DNA of 64,000 nucleotides from Chitinophagales bacterium (GCA_013816805.1 JACDDS010000019.1:11546-75545); one strand, 5' to 3'; positions 31,761-43,090 are shown, counted from the stretch's first letter. Notes: generated by a model from the sequence alone, not told the origin. A program made the numbers and translations.

Positions 31761-32186
31761 ATGAAAAACCGTAAAACAATATTGCTTTGGATTTTAAAAT
31801 TAATAGCAGCGGTGATTATGCTGCAGACCTTATACTTTAAATTTTCTGCCCACCCAGAAGCAGTTTACATTTTCTCAAAACTTGGTATGGAACCTTATGG
31901 GCGCATAGCAATTGGGATAATGGAATTAATCGCATCGGTGTTAGTATTAATTCCCCGCACTTCCTGGTTCGGAGCCCTCATGGCTATTGGTTTAATGGGC
32001 GGTGCCATTTTTTTTCACCTTACCAAACTTAAAATTATAGTCTATAATGATGGTGGGAAATTATTTGCAATGGCTTTAGCAGTATTTATTTGTTCTTCCA
32101 TTATACTTTGGATGAACCGGAATAAAATACCTTTTTTACCAGGCTTGCTTAAGTATAGATTCTGCTTGTCACCGGGTAACAAATAA
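31761..32186 (+). CDS. DoxX-family membrane protein
   Basis: 141 aa with 4 TM segments. The N-terminal LKLIAAVIMLQTLYFKF pattern is DoxX-like. Confidence 0.65.
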   Translation: MKNRKTILLWILKLIAAVIMLQTLYFKFSAHPEAVYIFSKLGMEPYGRIAIGIMELIASVLVLIPRTSWFGALMAIGLMGGAIFFHLTKLKIIVYNDGGKLFAMALAVFICSSIILWMNRNKIPFLPGLLKYRFCLSPGNK

Positions 32187-32231
32187 TATTGGTATCAATA
32201 AAAGGTTCATTCAGTTCTCTGCAAACAATCT

Positions 32232-32654
32232 TTACTTTATAACCTGCTTGTAGCTGTGCTCCTGTATCTCTTTAACTTTATTGATAGCAAGCGGTTTACT
32301 TATAATATCAAGCACTTTAGGATACGATTGTGATCTTTTAATATCATCAGGATCAATAGAAGAATATAAGATAAATATCTTGCAATTCTGTATCAGAGTG
32401 TCGGGAAGGTAATGATACTCGTCAAGGAAATTCCATCCATCCATTACAGGCATACTCAAATCCAGAAAAATAATTTCAGGTAAATCATAGTTAGTATCAG
32501 AAGAAACTTTTTTAAGATCAATAAGCGCTTCAGCAGGATCAGTATAACTGGTAATGTCCTTTGCAAAAGAAATCTTTGACAAAGTCATTTTGGTAAGAAA
32601 GATAAAGGTAGGATCATCATCTATAATTAAGATGCGATTGAAAGCCTTTTTCAT
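32232..32654 (-). CDS. stand-alone response-regulator receiver domain protein
   Basis: ILIIDDD acidic pocket, phospho-acceptor IIFLDLSMPVMDG, and conserved K (ISKPL). There is no output domain and no adjacent kinase. Confidence 0.85.
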   Translation of the reverse strand: MKKAFNRILIIDDDPTFIFLTKMTLSKISFAKDITSYTDPAEALIDLKKVSSDTNYDLPEIIFLDLSMPVMDGWNFLDEYHYLPDTLIQNCKIFILYSSIDPDDIKRSQSYPKVLDIISKPLAINKVKEIQEHSYKQVIK

Positions 32655-33171
32655 TTTTTTGAATGTATCTATAACTGAGCTTATTAGTTTGCTCTAAACC
32701 GGAAACATCGGGAAAAAGTTGCTTTCTGAAATTTAATGCTTATTAAATAATGTTCAATCAATAGATGGTAAGTGATTTTCTACTTTAAATGCCTTCTTTT
32801 TTGTAACGATTTGCAGACAATTGTAATTACTATTAAATTAACAAAAAACGCTAATTGTATTCTAACTATAATCAAAGAACGCGCTTACCATCTGAACGGG
32901 TACTAATCCAGGTAAGAGATGTTCCAAATTCAGGTAGGTTGTTGAAAGGGTGAATCTTCAAACTTATTTAAATCATTAAGATTATAAGTTTTAAGAGTAT
33001 TGCTCTCATTAAAATTTATATAAAAGTTATTTCTTCTTTTGCCTCATTGCATATATTTCTTATAGCTTCATAAATGAAGAATGCAAAGCGATGTATTGCA
33101 TAAGCAACTTATCAGGATTTCCCCTTAAATCTTTTTTAACTTGCGCACTCTTTTAACAAAAAATAAACTTA

Positions 33172-34575
33172 ATGAACTATGATTTAATTGTTATAGGAAG
33201 TGGCCCGGGTGGTTATGTTGCAGCTATAAGGGCATCACAATTGGGATTAAAGACGGCGATTATCGAGCGCGAATCTTTAGGAGGTATTTGTCTTAACTGG
33301 GGATGCATACCAACCAAAGCCTTATTAAAAAGTGCCCAGGTATTTGAATACATACGGCATGCAGCCGATTATGGCATTCAGGTTAGTGATAGTAGACCGG
33401 ATTTTGACAACATGGTTAAAAGAAGCAGAACAGTGGCCAATGGAATGAGTCGTGGTGTGCAGTTTCTTATGAAGAAGAATAAGATTGAAGTGATAATGGG
33501 AACTGCAAGCTTAAAAGCGGGAGATTCAGCTAATGGGCGAACAGCAATTGTGACTGAGCCTTCAGGAAAAAAAACAGAACATTCCGCAAAACACATCATA
33601 ATCGCTACAGGCGGGCGTTCTAAAGAATTGCCCAACTTGGAGCAAGACGGAAAAAAAATAATAGGATACCGTGAGGCAATGGTGCTTCCTCAGCATCCGA
33701 AAACAATGGTAATCGTGGGTGCAGGCGCTATCGGTTCGGAGTTTGCTTATTTCTATAATTCAATCGGTACAAAAGTTACACTCATTGAATTTATGCCTGG
33801 TATTGTTCCAGTTGAAGATGAAGAAATATCGAAAGAACTTGAAAGGAACTTTAAAAAACAAGGCATAACTGTAATGACGGGTTCTGCAGTGGAAAGGGTA
33901 GATACTTCCAGCCCCATTTGCAAAGTATTTGTAAGATCAGGGCAAGGTGTTCAGGAAATTGAGTGCGAAATTGTGCTGTCTGCGGCAGGTGTGGCCACCA
34001 ATATTGAAAATCTGGGTTTGCAAGAAATTGGAATTAAGACCGAAAAAGGCAAAGTGCTGGTCGATGATTTCTATAATACAAATATATCAGGCTACTATGC
34101 TATTGGTGATATTGTAAAAGGCCCCGCATTGGCTCACGTTGCAAGTGCAGAAGGAATAATCTGTGTTGAGAAAATTGCAGGTAAAAATCCCGAGCCGCTT
34201 AACTACAGCAATCTTCCGGGATGTACTTATTGCTCACCTGAAATCGCCTCTGTTGGTTACACAGAAAAGCAGGCAAGGGAAGCCGGCTACGAATTAAAAA
34301 TAGGAAAGTTTCCCTATTCGGCATCGGGTAAAGCAAGTGCCGCAGGCGCTAAAGAAGGATTTGTGAAACTGATTTTCGATGCAAAATATAATGAATTCCT
34401 TGGAGCTCATATGATCGGTTATAACGTGACTGAATTAATTGCTGAATGTGTAGTAGCCAGAAAGCTGGAAACTACGGGACATGAAATTATTAAAAGCGTA
34501 CATCCGCATCCTACTATGAGTGAAGCCATAATGGAAGCCGCTGCAGCTGCTTATGGAGAAGTGATTCATATATAA
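33172..34575 (+). CDS. lpdA: dihydrolipoyl dehydrogenase
   Basis: FAD motif IGSGPGGY, redox-active disulfide CLNWGCIPTK, and C-terminal HPHPT(M)SE interface motif. Confidence 0.95.
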   Translation: MNYDLIVIGSGPGGYVAAIRASQLGLKTAIIERESLGGICLNWGCIPTKALLKSAQVFEYIRHAADYGIQVSDSRPDFDNMVKRSRTVANGMSRGVQFLMKKNKIEVIMGTASLKAGDSANGRTAIVTEPSGKKTEHSAKHIIIATGGRSKELPNLEQDGKKIIGYREAMVLPQHPKTMVIVGAGAIGSEFAYFYNSIGTKVTLIEFMPGIVPVEDEEISKELERNFKKQGITVMTGSAVERVDTSSPICKVFVRSGQGVQEIECEIVLSAAGVATNIENLGLQEIGIKTEKGKVLVDDFYNTNISGYYAIGDIVKGPALAHVASAEGIICVEKIAGKNPEPLNYSNLPGCTYCSPEIASVGYTEKQAREAGYELKIGKFPYSASGKASAAGAKEGFVKLIFDAKYNEFLGAHMIGYNVTELIAECVVARKLETTGHEIIKSVHPHPTMSEAIMEAAAAAYGEVIHI

Positions 34576-34672
34576 AGTTGATAGCATCACGGATAATGAT
34601 CTAAAGTGAATAGAAAATCCTGCCAGATCCTATCACTTTTTATGAAATAAATCAAATTATATATCTTGTTCC

Positions 34673-35107
34673 ATGTTATCTCATAAGGCTAAATACGGAT
34701 TAAAAGCTGCGTTTTACCTGGCACGCCGTTATGAGGAGGGTCCCGTTCTAATTTCAGACCTGGCAGCTGCAGAATATATACCTAAAAAATTTCTCGAGCA
34801 TATTTTACTGGAATTAAAAAAGCATGGAATTCTGTATAGCCGTATGGGGAAAGGCGGCGGTTATTCATTATCTAAATCGCCTGAAAAAATTTATCTGGGT
34901 CAGATCATTCGTACACTGGACGGACCCCTGGCTCCGGTAGCATGTGTAAGCAAGACAGCATATGTCCGCTGCATTGAATGCAAAGACGAACGAACATGTG
35001 AAATCCGTAAAGTAATGAAGCACGTCAGAGATGCTACTGCAGATATTCTTGACCGTACCTCGCTTGCTGATGCAATGCATGCAAAACTCTTGCTTCAAAA
35101 GCTTTAA
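34673..35107 (+). CDS. Rrf2-family transcriptional regulator
   Basis: The winged-helix N-terminus (KAKYGLKAAFYLA) and a Cys cluster CVSKTAYVRCIECKDERTC indicate a possible Fe-S ligand set. Confidence 0.85.
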   Translation: MLSHKAKYGLKAAFYLARRYEEGPVLISDLAAAEYIPKKFLEHILLELKKHGILYSRMGKGGGYSLSKSPEKIYLGQIIRTLDGPLAPVACVSKTAYVRCIECKDERTCEIRKVMKHVRDATADILDRTSLADAMHAKLLLQKL

Positions 35108-35361
35108 AGTTTAATTGAGCAGTTGAATTACCCTTCATTAAGCTGAATTTGAAACCGCACCTTTCGAATTAAACTATCTTCTGATTTCAGCAAGTAAAAT
35201 TATTCTACCGCGGCAGTAGGCTTATTTATCGCATTAATTTAATCGTGTTTTTAAAATTATCAGTCTGAGAATGAGCAAGTAAGGATTATTTTTAACAATG
35301 GTCTACTACTTCTATAGACTAAGAATATATTTGTGGCTTCATAAAAAAAAATTAAACCCTC

Positions 35362-36489
35362 ATGAAACAAGCGATTACCAAAATAACGATTGCATTAGTC
35401 ATAATTCTTACCCTAAATTATTCATCTCTTTTCGGTCAGATAAACGGCAGCAACATGCCAGGTGATTCTACCAAAACTGTTCAGGCCGCACCAACGCCGC
35501 CAGCTCCTGTAACAATGCTTACTTTCCCGGTGATCTCGAACATCTGTAAAATTACACTCAGCAGTTATGCCCAGGCACGGTATCAGTATTATACAGATAA
35601 GGTAACTCCGAATAATTTTGATATCCGTAATGCACGGCTAATATTCAATGGAACTCCTTTTCGCAACTTAGCTTATAGGTTACAGGTTGATTTTGCTCCG
35701 CCTACTGTGAGGCTTATGGATGCTTATGCATCCTATACTATAAACCAGTTTGCAAAATTAACGGCCGGTCAGCAGAAAGTACCGCTCTCATATGAAAGCC
35801 TACGTACAGATTATGACGTACATAGTATCAGCCGATCACAGGTGGTAGAGGCGCTTACAGCACGCTCAAAAGATGTAATTGCAGGATCTCCTGCTGTAAA
35901 TAATAACGGACGGGATATAGGTTTTCTCTACAGCGGCGGCCTTGCCAGGGTTAGTTCCGATCCGAAAAGTAATGTAGTAGAATATTCACTGGGTATTTTC
36001 AATGGAAATGGTATTAACAAGAATGATGCTGATAAGCATAAGGATATTGCCGGCAGGGTAGTAGTGTATCCTGTTAAACAACTCAGTCTTGGCGGATCCT
36101 TTTATACCGGAAAAGCAACTTACGGTCTTGATCTGAAAAAACCAAAGGATAGAAATCGCTTCGGTTTTGATGCGAATTATAATGGCAACCGCTTTTTGCT
36201 AAGTGCTGAATTTTTACAGGGAACAGACAGTGTAACTACCAAAAACGGATATTACGGTCAGGCCGAAAGTTTTATTGTGCCTAAAAAATTCGCGGCATTA
36301 GTTAAGTACGATCATTATGACCCTAATACTGACAAATCAGACGACGCCAGTACTATTTACAGCGTAGCACTTAATTACTACTTCGCTGCCTTTACCAAAA
36401 TTCAACTCCAGTATGATTTCCGGCACGAGAATGCACCTACCCAGAAAAACAATGACCTGGTCTCAGTACAAGTGCAAATTTTCTTTTAG
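35362..36489 (+). CDS. outer-membrane porin (phosphate-selective porin O/P-like)
   Basis: Signal peptide, alternating beta-strand pattern, FDIRNARLIFNG segment and a C-terminal Phe. Confidence 0.65.
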   Translation: MKQAITKITIALVIILTLNYSSLFGQINGSNMPGDSTKTVQAAPTPPAPVTMLTFPVISNICKITLSSYAQARYQYYTDKVTPNNFDIRNARLIFNGTPFRNLAYRLQVDFAPPTVRLMDAYASYTINQFAKLTAGQQKVPLSYESLRTDYDVHSISRSQVVEALTARSKDVIAGSPAVNNNGRDIGFLYSGGLARVSSDPKSNVVEYSLGIFNGNGINKNDADKHKDIAGRVVVYPVKQLSLGGSFYTGKATYGLDLKKPKDRNRFGFDANYNGNRFLLSAEFLQGTDSVTTKNGYYGQAESFIVPKKFAALVKYDHYDPNTDKSDDASTIYSVALNYYFAAFTKIQLQYDFRHENAPTQKNNDLVSVQVQIFF

Positions 36490-36501
36490 TCACTATTAAC
36501 G

Positions 36502-36524
36502 GGAGTTGATACTCCTTTTTTTTT
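36502..36524 (+). terminator. putative rho-independent terminator after the porin gene
   Basis: GGAGT-tgat-ACTCC followed by T9. The stem is short (5 bp). Confidence 0.45.
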
Positions 36525-36902
36525 GTTTGAAAAAACTAATAGTTCTATAGAAAAATGCTCTGTCAGGTTCTGTAAACTTTGGAATGGTTAGCAGAGAAAT
36601 TAATCCGGAAGAGGCATTTAAGAAGCATATGGAGTTGCCGTATGCAAAGACGCCGTAATACCGACGATAAATCCTTGTAGTGGTAATGCAACTGGTGCGC
36701 GATGCCACCGTAAAGATTCTTGACAGCACTCCCTTGAGATGCTGTTCAGTCCACCTTTCCGGTATTGGAAATTGCGGAAAACTTTTTTGATTGAATTCAT
36801 TCCAATAATTTGATCACAATATTGTAGAGAAAAAACAACAGAATCGGATTTAAGCTATAAATTATTTTAAACTTTGCCGGTATTACTGCTACATTTCAAT
36901 CC

Positions 36903-37439
36903 ATGAACATTGGCCTTATACGGCACGGAAGGGTTTTATATCGTGATCCTTTTTTTTCAATTGGTGAATCATTTAATAACTACCGCACTGCTTACGATGA
37001 ATCAGAGATTTTAAATCCAACCTTAAAAATCAGTGCCAATGATTTTCCGGTTTGTTATGTTAGTTCTAAAAAAAGGGCATTAGACACCGTTAAAGCAATT
37101 TATGATGGTGATTTTAAAATTACCGACGAATTGGTTGAAGTGCCAAACATTGCTTTTTTCCTGTTAAAATTAAATTTACCCAGTTCACTAAGGTCCATTC
37201 TTGGGAGGATAGCATGGTTTATTAATTATCATAAAATGCCTGAAACGCGCAGGCAATCGAATCTGAGGGCATATAAATTCCTGACGCAGCTGGTATCTGA
37301 AAACCGTGAAAATGTATTATTGGTAACACATGGATTCTTCATGCAATCTCTCCGTCATGAGCTTAAAAAATTAAACTTCAAGGGGAAATGTCCGATAAAT
37401 CCTGCAAATGCAACACTGTATATTTTCCGAAAAAACTGA
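36903..37439 (+). CDS. histidine phosphatase (phosphoglycerate mutase-like) family protein
   Basis: N-terminal IRHGR catalytic motif and a later THGFF histidine motif. Confidence 0.7.
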   Translation: MNIGLIRHGRVLYRDPFFSIGESFNNYRTAYDESEILNPTLKISANDFPVCYVSSKKRALDTVKAIYDGDFKITDELVEVPNIAFFLLKLNLPSSLRSILGRIAWFINYHKMPETRRQSNLRAYKFLTQLVSENRENVLLVTHGFFMQSLRHELKKLNFKGKCPINPANATLYIFRKN

Positions 37440-37530
37440 TTTTCTTGTAACCTGTATAACTTATCCACACTTAGTTAGTCAGCCTGTTATAATCCACACC
37501 ATCAGGTTAAATTTGCTTTAAAAGAACAGT

Positions 37531-40500
37531 GTGCGATTAATCAGCTTGGAAATAAAAGGCTTTAAAAGCTTTCCTGAAAAAACAACAATAAATTTCAATG
37601 ACAGCATCACCGGTGTGGTAGGCCCTAATGGGTGTGGAAAATCCAATGTAGTTGATGCGATTCGATGGGTACTGGGAGAGCAAAAAACCACCATGCTCCG
37701 TTCGGAAAAAATGGAGAATGTGATCTTTAACGGCACTAAGGTCCGTAAGCCATCATCACTTGCAGAAGTATCGCTGACTTTTGAAAATGATCGTAACCTT
37801 CTTCCCACCGAGTACCACACCCTTACTATAAGCAGGCACTATTACCGCAATGGCGACAGTGAGTACAAGCTAAATAATATTACCTGCCGCCTTAAAGATA
37901 TTACCTCTCTTTTTCTGGACACCGGAATTAGCAGCGATTCCTATGCAATCATAGAACTTCAAATGATTGATGAGATTTTAAATGATAAGGATAACTCGAG
38001 GCGTAAATTATTTGAACAGGCTGCAGGAATTTCAAAATATAAAGCACGTAAAAAAGAAACGCTTAACAAGCTTGAGGCTACCCAGTTGGATCTGAACCGG
38101 GTTGATGATCTGCTCTTTGAAATCGAGAATAATCTTAAAGCACTTGAAGGCCAGGCAAAAAAAACGGAACGTTATTATAAGCTGAAAGAAGAATACCGGA
38201 ACTTGAGTATAGAGCTCGCACTATTTACATTGGATGATTTTAAGAAATCATTTGATTCTTTAAAAAGCAGTCAACAGCAGGAAGAAGAAAAAAAAATTGC
38301 ACAGGAAACACAAATTATTTTGCTTGAAGCAACTCTGCAAAAAGAAAAATCTGAAAATATTCTAAAAGAAAAAAGGATGATAGCTGCGCAGCGGGAACAG
38401 AATGAATTTGTGACTGCGATCAGGCAAAAAGAAAATGAAAAAAATATCTTATCGGAAAACCTGAAATTCAAAGAAGATAAAAAACAGAGCATCATTGTAC
38501 AAAATCAAAAAGCCTCTGAAGAGCTAAACATTATTGCAGATGCTATTGATACCTTACATGCCGATAGTAAAAATGAGAATGCGCTATTAGCCATGTCGGT
38601 CACCGCAAGGGATCTATCCAAAATATCACTTGATGGATTACGTGCAGATTATACTTCAACTAAATTACGGCTCGATGATCAGGCAAAGCTATTTCATGAA
38701 ACAGAAAAAGAATTTTCCGAAATAGAACGGGAAAGTTCTATAAACGAGGTTAAAAAACTAAATCTGCTTCAGGAGAAAGAGCGTGCGCGAATAGACCATA
38801 CCAACCGTAAGATGGAGCAGGAGCAATTACATTCCCTGCATAATACTTATAAAAATGAGGAGCAGCATAAAAAAGACCTGCTGCTTGAGCTTACTGATGC
38901 AACTGATCAATTACAGCAGGAAGTTAACCGTAACGAAGAGTCAGTGGAGGAAGTAAGAGATCAGTTAAGAGGAATTCACCGTGATCTGGATGCCCGGCAG
39001 AATGAGTATAACCTTACAAAAAGTTTTATTGATAATATGGAAGGATTTCCTGAATCGATAAAATATTTAAAACAGCAATCAGACTGGACTTCAAATGCAA
39101 AGCTCCTTTCAGATATTGTATCCTGTCCTTCGGAATATCGCATAGCAGTTGAAAATTTTTTGGAGCCATGGCTGAATTTTTATGTGGTTGCAGATATGCA
39201 GGAAGCGCTGCATGCAGTGAACCTGTTAAGCGATGCGGCAAAAGGCAGAGCAAGCTTTTTTGTGCTCAACGACTTTGAAAAAGATATAAAGCCGGATATT
39301 GATTCCGGAATTTTTAATGCAATTAAAGCTATTGATGTAGTAGAAGCAGATTCAAAATATGAGCACCTGGTAGCATATCTTCTTTCAGGAGTTTTTTTAC
39401 TGGGAGATGAAAATGAAGTTGATTTTTCAGCCTTTCCAAAAGAAGCCAGGCTCATTTCAAAGAATGGGAAATACATCCGTACACTTCATGGTATTTCCGG
39501 TGGACAGGTGGGAGCATTTTCCGGAAAACGTCTGGGAAGAATTAAAAATTTAAAATCCCTGGAGTCAGAAATTAATGAATTGAAAGACAAAGAAAACTTA
39601 TTACAGCAGAGTGCCCAGAATCTTCAGCTGGAATTGGCGCGGCTTAAAAACTCTTCACGCTCATCAGAACTGAATAACGTGAGAGAAGAGCATAACCAGG
39701 TTAAAAATAAGGTTACAGGAATAATAGCCAAATTGGAAAATCTCGATGGTTTTTTTGCTCATCACCGGGTTCGAATGGAGGCCATTGAAGAATCTCTGCT
39801 TAAGCTGGAAGAAGAGCAAACCCAGCTGAAGGTGCAACACTCTATACTCTCCGATAAAAAATCCGGGCAGCAGGAATTGCTTATCCGGCTTTCATCCGAA
39901 TTAGCATCTGTTGAATCAGGACTTTCATTAGCGTCGGAGCAGTTTAATCAGAAGAATATTTTATACCTGCAGCAACAGAATAAGATTTCACATATGCAGC
40001 GGGAACTCGAATATAAAAATCAGCAGTTTCAGGCCACTCAGCAACTGATTGAGAAAAACAAAATAGAGCTGCAGGAAATAGATGAGGGAATAATAATTCT
40101 TCAGGAGAAGTTACGACTTGTGGAAACGGAGATTATCCATGACTACGGTGTTAAAGATGCTATGGCAAAGGCGATTACTGATGCTGAGCAAACCTACTAT
40201 GAAAGCCGTGGTAAAATTAATGAGGCAGAAGAGCAGATTCGAATGCATACAAAAAATAAGGAACAGGTTGACCATTTGCTGAACGAGATACATGATAAGG
40301 TTACCGAATTAAAGATCCAGTTGAATTCGCTTAAAGATCGCCTGCAAATTGAATTTAAAGTAGATATTGAGTCGTTGATGGAACGGGAGCCTGATATAGA
40401 ATTAAACGCGGAAGAGCTGAAGCAGAAAGCGGAGCGCTACCGGAACCGTATTGATACCTATGGAGAAATAAATCCTATGGCAATGGAGGCGTTTAATGAA

Positions 40501-41064
40501 ATGAAGCAGCGCCACGACTTTATAGTGTCTCAAAAAACAGATTTGATGAATGCTAAAACTTCGTTAATGGAGACGATTGGTGAAATTGAGAACACTGCGA
40601 AAACACAGTTTCTTTCAGCCTTTAGCTCCATTAAGGAAAACTTTATCAGGACATTTAAAAGCTTGTTCACTGAAGAAGATGAGTGCGACCTGATTTTGGA
40701 AAATCAGGATAATATACTCGAGTCGAAGATACAGATCATTGCGAAGCCAAAGGGCAAGCGGCCTCAGATCATTGATCAGTTGTCCGGAGGTGAAAAAACG
40801 CTGACAGCTATTTCACTTTTGTTTGCACTTTATCTTTATAAGCCTGCACCTTTTTGCATACTCGATGAGGTGGATGCGCCTTTAGATGATGCGAACATTA
40901 CGAAGTTCAATAAAATCATACGCGACTTCTCCGAGCGCTCACAGTTCGTGCTGGTCACACATAATAAGCAAACGATGGCAGCGGTGGATGTTATCTACGG
41001 CATTACGATGCAGGAGGAAGGAGTTTCAAAAGTGGTTCCGGTTGACTTCAGAAGCTTGAATTAA
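37531..41064 (+). CDS. smc: chromosome segregation protein SMC
   Basis: 1177 aa. Walker A GPNGCGKSN, long coiled coils with a central hinge, signature LSGGEKT, Walker B ILDEVDAPLD. GTG start. Confidence 0.95.
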   Translation: MRLISLEIKGFKSFPEKTTINFNDSITGVVGPNGCGKSNVVDAIRWVLGEQKTTMLRSEKMENVIFNGTKVRKPSSLAEVSLTFENDRNLLPTEYHTLTISRHYYRNGDSEYKLNNITCRLKDITSLFLDTGISSDSYAIIELQMIDEILNDKDNSRRKLFEQAAGISKYKARKKETLNKLEATQLDLNRVDDLLFEIENNLKALEGQAKKTERYYKLKEEYRNLSIELALFTLDDFKKSFDSLKSSQQQEEEKKIAQETQIILLEATLQKEKSENILKEKRMIAAQREQNEFVTAIRQKENEKNILSENLKFKEDKKQSIIVQNQKASEELNIIADAIDTLHADSKNENALLAMSVTARDLSKISLDGLRADYTSTKLRLDDQAKLFHETEKEFSEIERESSINEVKKLNLLQEKERARIDHTNRKMEQEQLHSLHNTYKNEEQHKKDLLLELTDATDQLQQEVNRNEESVEEVRDQLRGIHRDLDARQNEYNLTKSFIDNMEGFPESIKYLKQQSDWTSNAKLLSDIVSCPSEYRIAVENFLEPWLNFYVVADMQEALHAVNLLSDAAKGRASFFVLNDFEKDIKPDIDSGIFNAIKAIDVVEADSKYEHLVAYLLSGVFLLGDENEVDFSAFPKEARLISKNGKYIRTLHGISGGQVGAFSGKRLGRIKNLKSLESEINELKDKENLLQQSAQNLQLELARLKNSSRSSELNNVREEHNQVKNKVTGIIAKLENLDGFFAHHRVRMEAIEESLLKLEEEQTQLKVQHSILSDKKSGQQELLIRLSSELASVESGLSLASEQFNQKNILYLQQQNKISHMQRELEYKNQQFQATQQLIEKNKIELQEIDEGIIILQEKLRLVETEIIHDYGVKDAMAKAITDAEQTYYESRGKINEAEEQIRMHTKNKEQVDHLLNEIHDKVTELKIQLNSLKDRLQIEFKVDIESLMEREPDIELNAEELKQKAERYRNRIDTYGEINPMAMEAFNEMKQRHDFIVSQKTDLMNAKTSLMETIGEIENTAKTQFLSAFSSIKENFIRTFKSLFTEEDECDLILENQDNILESKIQIIAKPKGKRPQIIDQLSGGEKTLTAISLLFALYLYKPAPFCILDEVDAPLDDANITKFNKIIRDFSERSQFVLVTHNKQTMAAVDVIYGITMQEEGVSKVVPVDFRSLN

Positions 41065-41259
41065 TCGGCCTTGTCTAAAGTTTTTCCAAACCACATCTGG
41101 GCCGTTTCGTCTCTCGCACAAAATCATCTTCCCATTAACATCTATAGTGCATATCCTTCTTCCTCTGTTCCTGGGGCAAGTCTTAGGGCGAGCCATTGCG
41201 TTGCCTGACTTGAGCTTAAACTGCGCAAGCGTAAGATCGCAGGCTCACGCACAACGTAA

Positions 41260-42933
41260 TTATTTCGCCTCTTTCGCCCAGCTGTCTTTCAGCGTTACCG
41301 TCCGGTTAAAAATTAAATTATCTTCTTTCGAATCTTTATCGAGGCAGAAGTATCCTTTACGAATAAATTGATAGCTCTCGCCGAACCTTGCATTTTTTAA
41401 TGAAGGTTCTACAAATGCATTTTCAACTATTTTCAAACTATCGGGATTGATGTACGATTTGAAATCCTCAATTTGTCCATCAGGATTTTCGACTAGAAAT
41501 AAGCGATCGTATAATAATAGCTTCGCCGATAAAGCATGTAATGCATTCACCCAATGAATAGTGCCTTTCACATGCAGGCCGGTAGTATCATTCCCGCTTT
41601 TGCTTTCCGGCAAATAGGTGCAATGGATCTCTTGTATATTTCCGCTTTCATCTTTAGTAAAGCTTTCACAAGTGATAATGTAGGCATTTTTAAGACGGAC
41701 CGTTAAGCCTACACCCAGGCGAAAAAACTTCTTTGAGGGATTTTCCATGAAGTCTTCGCGCTCGATCCATAATTCGCGGCTGAATGGCAATAAACGAGTT
41801 CCCCCGCCATTTTCAATATCGGGATTATTTTCACCAATCAAATCTTCTGATTGGGTTTCAGGATAATTGGTGATGATCAATTTTACCGGGTCGAAAACCG
41901 CCATTTTTCGCAGGGCTTTTTTATTTAAATCTTCGCGGACACAAAATTCAAGCAATTCAACGTCGATAGTATTTTCTCTTCGTTGCACGCCTATTTTATC
42001 ACAGAATGTATGGATGCTTTCCGGTGTGTATCCGCGCCTGCGAAATCCGGATAGGGTAGGCATTCGCGGATCATCCCAGCCTGTCACCATTTTTTCATTC
42101 ACCAATTCCAATAATTTTCGCTTGCTCATTACGGTGTACGTCATGTTTAACCTCGCAAATTCATATTGCCTCGAAGGAAAAATCTCCAGTTTTTCGATAA
42201 ACCACTCATACAGTGGGCGGTGCACTTCAAATTCAAGCGTACAAATGGAATGCGTTATTTTTTCAATGGAATCGCTTTGACCATGCGCGAAATCGTACAT
42301 AGGGTAAATGCACCATTTGGTACCGGTGCGGTGATGCGCTACGTATTTTATCCTGTACATGATGGGATCGCGCAATTGCATATTGGGTGAAGCCATGTCA
42401 ATTTTAGCGCGTAACACTTTTTCACCTTCCTGAAACTCACCTTTTTGCATTCGTTCAAAAAGATTAAGGTTTTCCTCAATGCTGCGATTACGGTGCGGAC
42501 TTTTTTTACCGGGCTCATTCGGCGTTCCTTTGGAAGCGGCAATCTCTTCAGCGGAGAGGTCATCAACGTATGCGCATCCCTTTTTAATCAAGGTCATAGC
42601 AAATCCATACAATTGATCAAAATAATCAGAAGCATAATATTCATTCGTCCATTTAAATCCTAACCAGGTAATATCTTCTTTAATGCTGTCAACGTATTCC
42701 GTTTCCTCAGTTTCAGGATTAGTATCATCAAAGCGAAGATTGGTTTGCCCTTCAAACTTTTGCGCCAGGCCGAAATTGAGGCATATGCTTTTGGCATGCC
42801 CTATGTGAAGATATCCATTAGGTTCCGGTGGAAAGCGCGTCATTACCCTGCCATCATTGTTACCTCTTTTTACAAAACTTTCCACTATTTCTTCAAGGAA
42901 ATTTTCGGCTTTATAATTTTCACTCATAATCAA
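41260..42933 (-). CDS. glnS: glutamine--tRNA ligase
   Basis: The class I motifs HIGH ([12 protein letters not shown]) and KMSKS-like VMSKR. 557 aa. Confidence 0.95.
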   Translation of the reverse strand: MIMSENYKAENFLEEIVESFVKRGNNDGRVMTRFPPEPNGYLHIGHAKSICLNFGLAQKFEGQTNLRFDDTNPETEETEYVDSIKEDITWLGFKWTNEYYASDYFDQLYGFAMTLIKKGCAYVDDLSAEEIAASKGTPNEPGKKSPHRNRSIEENLNLFERMQKGEFQEGEKVLRAKIDMASPNMQLRDPIMYRIKYVAHHRTGTKWCIYPMYDFAHGQSDSIEKITHSICTLEFEVHRPLYEWFIEKLEIFPSRQYEFARLNMTYTVMSKRKLLELVNEKMVTGWDDPRMPTLSGFRRRGYTPESIHTFCDKIGVQRRENTIDVELLEFCVREDLNKKALRKMAVFDPVKLIITNYPETQSEDLIGENNPDIENGGGTRLLPFSRELWIEREDFMENPSKKFFRLGVGLTVRLKNAYIITCESFTKDESGNIQEIHCTYLPESKSGNDTTGLHVKGTIHWVNALHALSAKLLLYDRLFLVENPDGQIEDFKSYINPDSLKIVENAFVEPSLKNARFGESYQFIRKGYFCLDKDSKEDNLIFNRTVTLKDSWAKEAK

Positions 42934-43043
42934 TCAGCAGTTTTTAGGTTTACAAAGTTAATGGTTGCACCCTATAAGTTATGATCGGCAACTAACTATA
43001 ATGATTGAATAACTCTTTTAAAAAGTTGAATGTGTGAAGTAAA

Positions 43044-43090
43044 TTTTCTATTTGCGGAAATCCGTAACCAGTTTTTTCTATTTGCGAAAT
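43044..43090 (+). promoter_or_regulatory. direct repeat TTTTCTATTTGCG(G)AAAT x2 upstream of the tail-fibre-like gene
   Basis: Copies lie at 43044-43061 and 43074-43090, with a 30-nt period, 112 nt upstream of the ATG at 43202. Confidence 0.3.

Noticed and set aside
36496-36800. Overlapping minus-strand ORFs (77 aa and 60 aa), plus a + strand reading ...MQLVRDATVKILDSTPLRCC... that faintly resembles the first catalytic-Asp region (DS.P) of IS982/IS4-type DDE transposases.
   Set aside because: The match is only a handful of residues. There are no terminal inverted repeats and no extended homology in any frame. It may be an IS remnant, but the evidence is too thin to call.
41065-41259. A relatively GC-rich 195-bp spacer between the convergent smc and glnS genes. 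It contains the 11-mer ACGCACAACGT (41247-41257), identical to the head of repeats A/B at 62.7-63.0 kb.
   Set aside because: Similarity does not extend beyond the 11-mer: the sequence to its right is the glnS 3' end and the left side is unrelated. An 11-mer coincidence in 2x64 kb is not negligible. The + strand ORF 41147..41371 overlaps glnS and looks spurious.
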